Shown here: positions 54,266-64,000 of the stretch, in pieces
Numbering within the stretch: position 1 is the first letter of the stretch
Layout: the number at the start of each line of letters is the position of its first letter
Notes under the pieces: generated by a model
What the model was told of the DNA's origin: nothing
What the model saw: only the letters and a program-made list of their open reading frames with translations
Database searches by the model: none
Translations under genes and position numbers: made by a program
Assembly (NCBI RefSeq): GCF_009914755.1
Contig: NC_060945.1
DNA: 64,000 bases
Reading direction: 5' to 3' (one strand)
DNA from: the human T2T-CHM13v2.0 reference genome, Homo sapiens

Positions 54266-54584
54266 GTTCCCTTATTCTTGTTACTATCTCTATAAATAGT
54301 CTCTTCATTGAATTATTTTTTGAAGTGTTTTGGTCCTTCACCTGTGTCTGCCAGAACACTACATGACACATAAGGTTTTTCTTTCGTCTTCACAATGTTC
54401 AAAGGTAGGCAATCAGGTTCAATGCAGAAGTCCACAGTGTTGCTCCTTCTGTCTCCCTATTTTGCCATCCTTGGCAAGTGACTTTCATTAACATACTTCC
54501 AGGATACTCCATGTTCTAGAGGAATAAAATGTGAAGGGACTGAGAGCTTTCTCTTACAAGGTGTTACTCAGAAATGTAATTTTA

Positions 54585-54858
54585 TGCCAGCACCTTGGGT
54601 GGCTGAGGTGGGAGGATCACTTGAGCTCAGAAGTGCAAGACCAGCCTGGGCAACACAGTGAGACCCTTCTCTACTAAAAAAAAAAAAAATCAGCTGGGTG
54701 CGGTGGCATGCACCTGCAGTCCCAGGTACTCAGGAGGCTAAGGCAGGAAGGTCATTTGAGCCCAGGAGATTGAGGCTGCAGTGACTTATAATAGCACTAC
54801 TGCACTTCAGCCTGGACAACAGAGTGAGACCCTGTCTCTAAAAACAGCAACAACAACA
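54585..54858 (+). mobile_element. 5'-truncated AluJ
   Basis: TSD aaatgtaatttta; (CAA)n tail. Confidence 0.92.
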
Positions 54859-57389
54859 AAATGTAATTTTAACCACTGCCGCCTTACCCCCAATATACTT
54901 TAGCCCATACTTTACTGTCCAAAATCTTGCCCATGGGCACTCCTACCTGCAAGGGAGCTGGAGATATTGAGCGTTTTGTTTTCTAGTCTTAAGATAGAGA
55001 AAGGCAAGGAATGAAGGAGCTAGTCAGGGGGTCAGAAGGCTCACCCTCAACACCTGCCACATTTGCTCTTCTTGAACCTCATATCCATTTTCCTCCTATG
55101 CCACCACTGCTCTCATATGTCTTTTAACACATTTTCTTAAAAGGGAGAAAAAAGCCTTTTCCCCTGACCCAATTGCAAAATTATTTTCCTTTCTGCCATC
55201 ATCCTTGACTTCTGATTCTGCATCACAAAAGCCAAAACACAAATTCTTCTGTCACAGCAGCCCCCTTCAAAGGATGCAGAGAGAACATGATGGACCAGAG
55301 AAACCAGAATCTTCTTAGCAGGTAGAAGGAAATGAAAGTCTAGGAACACACAGACATTAATACTTTGCATGCCATTTTATCTGGTTTCAGAATTTTGGCT
55401 GCTGACAACCGCCAGCTCCAGACAACTATCAAGTGTCTGGTCTTAGAGCTGGTGACACCACCTGTAGTTACATTATGTAATTTGCACTTACACATCACCA
55501 AAATTCTAAACAGAAATTAAAAAATACATAATATATGTACATTTATATAATTTTTTATCTCAAAATTTCTAACATCATATGGTCACACACGGCTGCCTCA
55601 CCCCCCTGAGCATCATATTCATGTTCCAGATAGGCTTTGTTAAATAGAGGAAGCTCTCCCCCAGTTCCCGGGAAGAGACACAAATTTATACATTACCAAT
55701 TATTACATACTACTAACTGCTTAGGGTGTGGTCTGAAGACATCTGAGTTAACTGGCACCAAAATTCCAACAGCAATTCAATGACCCTATAATCAGCTCTC
55801 TAGGCAGTTGCTTCCTAGCACTTAAGGAGTAAAAGACTATCGAAGAACGACAACAACAACAAAATCAGTATTCAGAGAGAAATGTAAGACAACCAGGGGA
55901 GAAAGATAGACCTTCACTGTTGAATCATCTCTAACTTGTGATACACTTCCCAGACATCTTAGCCTTCCTTCAGTATTTCCCTCCTAGGAGCAGCCTCAAT
56001 ACTTAGATACTAAGATGGACAGTTCAGTGACACTGACCTGAAATATTCTGAGGTCAGCACTGAAAAAAGACTTCCTCTATTTTCAAAGATCATTGCATTG
56101 CTTTCAATATAATGACCTAAAAGATATTTGGAAATTAGTTTAGAGGATCAGAAGCCCTTTAGAAAAGGTGATGCTCTATTTTGTAAGTAAATATATTTTG
56201 ATCTTCCCATTATAAATCTTTATATCACGTTGTCTTAGTGTTTCTTAGAATGGTTGTTCTATCGAATACCAGAACATATCAAATAAGCATTCAACCTAAA
56301 TAAATACTTTTGGATCATTTCTGTCAGTATTTTACATTTTCAGTCATACTTCATAAGCCTAATCACAACCTTTGAGTTCAAATAATAATATTATGAATCA
56401 ATTTAACATAATGCTTAATACTTATTAAATTTAATAAACAATTGTTAACATTGTAAGCCAGATAACTTCACTTTATAAACAGGAAAGAAGCCATGCTATT
56501 GGAATCCATACATATTCCTTCAAATCTGTACCTCAATTTATTGTTTTTATGCCTACACACTTCAATCGTTACTAAAAACCAGCTGCTTTCCGTGTATATA
56601 CCATGCCGCTCCTCCTTAAATCAATTGCAGCTTCTCTTGATTAACCAATGGTAGAATGATTCACTATGTCAATAAATATTCTGAATCATAGAACAATGTA
56701 GAGGACGTGGCAGACAGCTGCTGAACATATTTAAACCTCATATTTCAGTTTAAAAAGGCACGTATCCTAAAGTGCATGTCAGTCTCTGGATAGCAAAATT
56801 ACAGCGATGTAGTTTTCCTCACTTGAAATTTACATTTTAATGAAAGCACTTTCATGTATTAATAGGTAAATCTTTTCAGGCCACTGCCAAGACTCATTGC
56901 TTTGCAATCTCATACTGTTTTAGAGATCCTAGTCCACTACATTAAAAATGTGCTTATAAATGTTAAGCCTCCATAGTATATTTTAAAGGATAGGGAAGTA
57001 TTTTCTCTTTAATAGAACTAGTTTCAACATTGATACATCATTTTTAATTTACAGGAGAAAAGGTATTATCAGAGAGCTTTCTCTCAGTTTATATAGAGGT
57101 AAGACCATTCTTAGCCTCAAATTCAAGACTACTACCTTTCTGAACTCCAGTAGGAACTATAGTCCTACTGTAGGACTATTGACTATAGTCTTAGTTCCAC
57201 CACAAGATTGATGAGAACATTGCAAACAGAGCACTAATAAGTTCCTATTTCTTTGAAAAGGTAGCTGTAAACCTTCAGCACACATGCTAGATGCCAAATA
57301 CTCCCTACTGGCCAAGTCATCAATTGCAACATTGAGTGCCCCCAGTGCAAAAAACAACATGGTATCATCCAAGATCAGTAAAAGCATAC

Positions 57390-57620
57390 ATAGTTAATGT
57401 AGCTAGCACTTATATAGCACTTTCTTTGTGCCAGGTATTATTATAAATGCTTTACATAAACTGATTCACCTAATCCCCACAAATAACCCTGTATGGTAAG
57501 AACTACTATTGTCCCTATTTTATAGATGAGGAAACCAGGTAAAGAGAAGTTAAGTAACTCTGCTCAGGGTCATCAGCTAGAAATTAGCAGTATGTCCTCA
57601 GAATCTGTGATATTACATAA
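57390..57620 (-). mobile_element. MIR
   Basis: ctattttatagatgaggaaacc ... gaagttaagtaact. Confidence 0.8.
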
Positions 57621-58153
57621 TATGCTGACCTAAAGGAATATGTTCAACTATCAAGAAACTTAAAAATTCCACTGAACAAAACCTTTCAGATGAAAGAGAT
57701 GTGGGAAAATTAGCAAGGTAATAGATTAGATTAAGGAAAAGTAAAGAACTGCTAAGCCACACACTGTATTAATAAGCAAAGCATTGTGATCAGAGAATAC
57801 CCCACTTCTGTTTGCATTAGAGATAAAGGATGCAAATAATGCCTTTGATTAATATTCTCTTTAATTAATAGGAATCCTGGGCTGTGATAAAATGTTTCAA
57901 ACATTGTATCTGAGAGTTCTGAAGTTGCATGAAAGACTGGGATTGATTGATAAATAACAGGCTCAATTCTCCCTGTGTGATGTGCTGGCCAGCACAGCTA
58001 TTCAGCTATTCCAGGAGGCAGCTCTCTGAGTTTGACCCAACTGATTTGAGCATTATCTCGCTGTGCAGATAATGTCACAGGAATAGGAAGCTTCTGAAAG
58101 AGCAGCATGGCCTTGCTGACTCTGCAGTAGCCACAGAGATAAATGCCTACAGA

Positions 58154-58265
58154 TAAAATGACCACCTCATCTAGGTTTGCCGGAGACTTTCTCAGGCTTA
58201 GCACTGAAGTCCCACATTCCAGGAACCTCTCTTTCCTGGGAAAACTGGAACAGTTTGTCATCCTA
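58154..58265. mobile_element. MER81 (hAT-Blackjack MITE)
   Basis: ggtttgccggagacttt ... ttagcactgaagtccc ... tttgtcatccta; about 112 bp with degenerate TIRs. Confidence 0.7.
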
Positions 58266-58299
58266 GAGCCAGTGTTTTCTTGGCTGTGGGCGAAGTAGC

Positions 58300-58545
58300 T
58301 GGGGGTTGAGGCAAAGAACAGAGGCCTCAGAAAGACAGATTTATATCCCAATTCTGCCTCTGCCACTCACAATACAATCTGGGACAAGTCACTTACCCTC
58401 TCTGAGATCTCATTTTCGCTATCTGGAATATAAGTATAATTGCCCCCATTACTTTGTCTGAAAAATAAATGAGAAACCATGAAAAGTTTCTGAAAAAGTG
58501 TCTGACATAAAATAGCTGCCCAGCAAATAGTAGGTGTTCGTACTA
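58300..58545 (+). mobile_element. MIR
   Basis: ctgcctctgccactc ... ggacaagtcacttaccctctctgag. Confidence 0.7.
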
Positions 58546-61261
58546 TATTCCAGGAATTATAAAATCAAACCGTAACTATATAAGCAACTCTGTCTAGACA
58601 GGGTTTTTTTTTAATTTTCTTGAAGTGGGAAGGGGGTGCATTTATGATAATGATTATTTCAGCTTTTAGAAAGTCAATTCATTTAATGGGATTTATTTAT
58701 CAAAAAGCCGTGTTGACTCATGCCCAATGGTTGTAAGATCACGTTCTTTCAAAACTCCATTTATGAGTAAAATTCAAATAGTCTTTTCTAAAGTTAATAT
58801 TTAAGAATGCATTTACATTTGAAAAAATTGAAAAAATGAAGACAGCACTTTCATTTCAGTAAAATTTTAGGAAGATAAAGGTCTGTGGAAACAAAATTAT
58901 TCAAAATGTCCAATTACCTCAGTTACACTATAAGGTTCTTAAACTAACCTGGGTTTTTATCTAACAAAACTCTGGTTTATACTAAGTATGTTTTAAAATT
59001 TTACTTAGAAGAGAATCAGTACATAATCCATATTCTTTAATATGGCCAGCTATGATAGGTTTCCCAGAATAGAGCCCTTAAATTCTATAATTTTTATTTT
59101 TGCATAGATTTTTAAAATTCATTTTTAAACAAATTATTATTTTTGTGTCCTATGTTTTTCTCTAAATACCTACTAAAGTAAATGCAATTTGCTATACTTG
59201 AATTTTTAATTACATAAAAAGAAGGTATTTTGATTACTTAATTTCAAAATTCAATCTCTGATTATCTACCTTCTACTATAGAAAGGCTTTAATACACACT
59301 CCCAAATACGGAAGAAAAAGTGATGCATTCCACGCTGGAATCTGTTTTACCTACCTAGAAAGTCTTTTGCTAAAGTACAATATTAAATAAGAATTTTCAA
59401 ATCTTACTAAAAATTTTCCTTCCTAAAATAATATTTCTACTGTATTTTAGGAAGCGTTTTATATTTCAGCCCATAAAATTGTCAGTTTATGACATGATAC
59501 AATTTAGGCTGAACAGTTAAAAGATTCTGAGAAGGAAACTTGAATTGCTCAGAGAAAGTGTAAAATCCCATGTGTTACTAAAATCAAGGGACTGTCATGA
59601 TAAAAATTTTCTGAATGCCTTGCAAGTTGGATACTTCATTTAAAAACTCCCCACCCACAATGTTCTCTGAAGCATATCTTAAAGCCCCAACCAACCCTTC
59701 CATTCCTTAGCATAGAATACATGTTGGTTTCTTTTTTGCAACATGTGCTTTCTTTAAAGTCAAATATATGACACTGAATCTTGAAACATTACAGGAAAGT
59801 GATTTAGATTCTTCTGGTTACTGCAACATAGCAAAAAAAAAAAAAAAAAAAATTAAAAATCCCCTGTCTCTACTGCTCATGTTCCCTCTTAAATAACAAC
59901 TCTTTAAATAGAGATCCCTGTTAATATTTTATGAAATAATGAATTGTCTTTTCCATTCATATTTCTTTATATTTCACATCATGTCTTATTTTTTCTCTGC
60001 TCCCAGATTTCTGATAATTCTAGAATCCGTGAGATGAGTCCAAGCAATACATTCAGTAACTAATCTAAGCATTTGCAGCCACTGAATGTATCACCTGGAC
60101 TTATCTTTTGAGCGTATTTTAAATTGGGTAGAGAAGACTCTAAATAAAAGTCTTTCTCTTTCTAATATAATGCATTTGTAAAGAAGCATATTAGATCTGT
60201 TAAATAAATAAATATTTACTAATTAAGTTTGCTGTCAATGTTATAAGCAAATTACTTTACAAATGGCTGATCTGGAATTTCAGGAGCTCAATTGCTGAAG
60301 TAACTTATTTATTCAAATATTCTTAAACTGTTGTTGTATTACCACAGTGCAGTTCTATCCATGAAACTGAACAAGAAAATCAAATTCACCTGAATGCCTA
60401 AGAGAGCTCCTCATAAATCCGTAGTTCAGTTTTGATTTGTAGGAGAAAAAAGAAAAATAATGCAGATTGTTCCAACTATTCTCTACTCCCTAAATCTCAA
60501 GATTTCAAATTTTCACTAATATCAAATGCCACCTCACCACCACCAAACAGAATCTGTTTATTGAAGGAACAAGGCCAATTGGGTGGGTTTCAAAGAGATC
60601 ATGTTCCAACAATTAGTTTCATTTTCAAAGTTTAACTCTTTCCTGAATACTGTTTAACTGGGAAAATGAACTGAAAGCCCATTGAAGATTTTATACCTTT
60701 CTACTTCCTGGCCATGAAATGTGGCCTTGGAGTCTTAGAGGTAGATAGTTATATTTTAGAGAACCTTGAAGCTGGTTTGTTGTAGTAAGAGAATTTACAT
60801 ATTTCTAGATGTTTAATTTTTGTCTACAACAAAAATTAAAGTTTAAAAATGTAACTAATAGGAATGAACATTGCTTTGACTATTGAATTAAAGAGTAAAG
60901 AAAAATGGGTATTATATCATTAAAATAGAACAGAATCAAATGGTTCATTTTAGCACTTCAGAAAGGTTGTATCATCAGTGTGTTTTTGGGCCATTTTTTC
61001 CATTTATTATAAACTCATGATTGCTAACGGAATTCAATAAAGTACTTAAATTGCACAATAAAATATTCCCATGCCACTGAAACTCCTTAGCTATTAATTC
61101 AATAATTTTTTGTAACTTTTGTGAAACATTTTACCTAATATTTTATGTATGTAAGTGTAAGCTAAAAGTTTCTTCACTGTTTTCACATGATCAATGGCTT
61201 ATTTGACAGGCATTTTCTCTTTAAAAAAAAAAAAAGAAAAGAAAAAAAGATATTTCCCCTA

Positions 61262-61528
61262 GGCTGGTGCAGTGGCTCAAACCTGTAATCCCAGCACTTT
61301 GGGAGACCAAGGCGGGTGGATCGCTGAGCCCAAGAGTTCAAGACCAGCCTGGTCAACATACGCAGACCTTGTCTCTACAGATAATTTAAAAATTAGTCAG
61401 GCGTGGTGGTGCACATCTGTAGTCCCAGCTACTTGGGAGGATGAGGTGGGAGAATCACTTGAGCCTGCAGTGAGACATGACCATGCCACTGCACTCCAGC
61501 CTGGGTGACAGAGTGAGACCCTGTCTCA

Positions 61529-61546
<18 letters not shown>
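61262..61546 (+). mobile_element. AluJ with a small right-arm deletion, followed by (TA)n
   Basis: cacttgagcc joined to tgcagtgag; A tail then tatata. Confidence 0.92.
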
Positions 61547-61562
<16 letters not shown>

Positions 61563-62218
61563 TATACAGTAAACTTGCAAACACAAATGGCCTCCTTGAT
61601 TCTAGTTACTTTGCACACTTTGTAAAAATTTAAAGTAATAACGAGCACAGCTTCTCACACTCCCTGCTCTATAACTCTTTCCTCATTACCCATCTCTAAA
61701 TTCTTCTAACTGTGGTACAGTTCATTGAAAAACAAAGCACTGAGTGAGCTAACATTGAAATTGTAAGAATAGTGGCTATTACTGCATAACAACAAGCAGA
61801 AGAGCAACATCTATTCTTTCTTGCTGCTGGAAACCATAGAAGGGCTTAGTACAATCACTCACTATGATTAACTCTCTACATTTTAACCACATAATTCTCA
61901 ACATGAGGAAGAAGCTAACCTGTTGACTTGCCTAGAGACAAAGAATAAGAGAAACCAGAATTCAAAACTGCAGTTGATAGCAGACCATGGCGAAGACAGA
62001 CCAGAAAATGTCAGGCCTGGGAGTCAGGCCTGTGCAGAAGTCCCCTGTGCAGGCCTGGGAGTCAGGATGTGCAGAAGAAACATGTGGGGCAGTTCACAGG
62101 CCAGAGATCAAGTCCTCTTGAGAGACGACTCCCTAGAGAAAAAAAAAAAAGAAAGAAAGAAATCAGAATTTAATGTCACCCAATTAAAAAAAAACAAGAA
62201 GCAGATTCATAGAGATCA

Positions 62219-62735
62219 TGTGATTGGCAGAATAAAGGCCCCTGCTAAAGACGTCCTGAGAACCTGTCAATATGTTATGCTACGTAACAAAGGGAATTAG
62301 GGTTGCAGGTGGAATTAAGGTTGCTATTCAGCTGGCCTTTTTATAGGGAGATTTCCTGGATTATCTGGGTGGGCCCAGTGTCATCACAAGGGTTCTTAAA
62401 AGTGGAAGAGGGAAACAGAAAAAGGGAGCCCAAGAAAGAGAAGTGAAAAGGGACCAGGGCCAGGGAGATTCTATGTTGTTGGCCTTGAAGATGAGGAAGG
62501 GGATCACGAGCCAAAGCATGTGCGCAGCCTCTAGAAGCTTGAAAAGTCAAGGAAATGGTTTATCTCCTAGAACCTCAAGAAAAATATGCAGCCTGTCAAC
62601 ACCCTGATTTTAGCTCAATGAGACCTGTATCGGCCTTCTGACCTACAGAAGTGCAAAATAATAATAAATTCGTGTTGTTTTAAGCTACTAAGTGTGTGGC
62701 AATTTGAGTTGGCAGCAGTAGAAAGCATAGATAAG
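62219..62735 (+). mobile_element. MLT1D LTR
   Basis: tgtgattggcagaataa ... ggaattaaggttgcta ... ttgttttaagctactaagtgtgtggcaattt. Confidence 0.85.
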
Positions 62736-63338
62736 TGCTCAGGAACTGAGAACAAACAGAGAGGGACAAACAGGGCATTTGATAAACATGGAAATAATGA
62801 AAAAATGAGTGAATAAAGAAATACAGGGAAGTCAGCAACTACATTTTGGGATGCATTAAAGATAAAGTCTTTATCAGCCACACAACATAATGATGACAAG
62901 TGATCTAGAGACTCATCTTAGCAGCCATCTGCCCTGAACTATCCCATTCTAAGGAATGTCGACAAACCATGTCTAGTGAAGTATGAGCAATAATTAATAA
63001 GAAAAAATGTAATATTTAAATATTAATTTTAAAATAATGAATAAAAATCAGGCTTATTTCCCAATCCCCCAAGTTATAATGGCAGTTAGTCAAGACTGAG
63101 AAAATGGTTATACCTTAAAGCTGCTGACCTTTCATCCAGCAATTAATGCAATCTCATTCCACTCTGTTTCTCCCACCATACAAAACGTCAGTCACCCCAC
63201 TGCACCATGCTCTTCATGTCTCCTAGGCCTTCAAACCTACTACTGCCTCCCTTGTCTCCTGGTTAGCTCCTAGGTATCATTTATTTTACAGCTTTCCTCA
63301 AAGAAACCTGCATTTGGCTACTGATTGAGTTCAGTCCC

Positions 63339-63739
63339 TGTATTAGTCCATTCTCACACTGCTATAAAGAAATACCTGAGACCGGATAATTTATAAAGAA
63401 AAGAAATCTAATAGGCTCCTGGTTCCACAGGCTGTACAGGAAGCATGGCTGAGGAGACCTCAGGGAGCTTTTACTCATGGCAGAAGGCAAAGCCAGAGCA
63501 GGCATCTTCACATGGCCAGAGCAAGAGAAAGAGAGAGAGGGAGGAGGTGTTATACACTTTTAAACAATCAACTCTCATGAGAACTCACCCACTATCACGA
63601 AAACAGCACCTGGGGGATGGTGTTAAACCATTAGAAACCGCCCCCATGAACCAATCACCCCGCACTAGGCCCACCTCCAACATTGGAGATTACAATTCGA
63701 CATGAGATTTGGCTGGTGACACAGATCAAAATCATATCA
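63339..63739 (-). mobile_element. MSTA solo LTR
   Basis: tgtattagtccattctcacactgc ... cagatcaaaatcatatca; TSD gtccc/atccc. Confidence 0.92.
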
Positions 63740-64000
63740 ATCCCCTATTGCATATTCCTGTCGATGCTTGTATACTCCACTTTAGGGCATTTGTTTCACA
63801 ACTGGGATTTTCCAGTAAACCCTAAAGCGGGAATGCTGGTACAGACCAACAGTACAGAGAAGCATCAAGACCATTTTGTATTCATATCAATACAAACCCA
63901 CTCTTGCTGGTTTAACTGGACCAAGCCGGCTCTGCTGGGCTGTCACAAATGCACCCAAAAGACAGGAATAATGTCTACCTTACTCAACATTAACTTCTCA

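Noticed and set aside
57055-57098. 44-nt plus-strand micro-exon candidate (tttacAG|G ... GAG|gtaaga)
   Set aside because: Not frame-preserving, no partner exons found, and expected by chance in 64 kb of AT-rich DNA

Overview
Primate (very probably human) genomic DNA. It is AT-rich, CpG-depleted and repeat-dominated, as expected for a long intron or intergenic region. I cannot support any protein-coding gene: the supplied ORFs fall in Alu, L1 or MaLR sequence, in microsatellites, or are short ORFs with no recognisable homology. The window holds about 14 Alus, many MaLR/ERVL LTRs (THE1, MST, MLT1, MLT2, including one full LTR-int-LTR element), old L1M/L1P copies (one near full length), L2/MIR remnants, DNA-transposon fossils (MER33, MER5A, MER81, MER94, MADE1) and a U13 snoRNA retrocopy. 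I do not see a convincing novel biological system. The best leads are an Alu-THE1-Alu composite that looks like a templated insertion, MaLR elements with discordant LTRs, a possible spliced minus-strand non-coding transcript near 46-47.5 kb, a MADE1 hairpin of the miR-548 type, and small quasi-palindromes. Repeat family names come from recalled consensus sequences, so subfamily calls and the boundaries of old elements are approximate. I could not identify the chromosomal locus.
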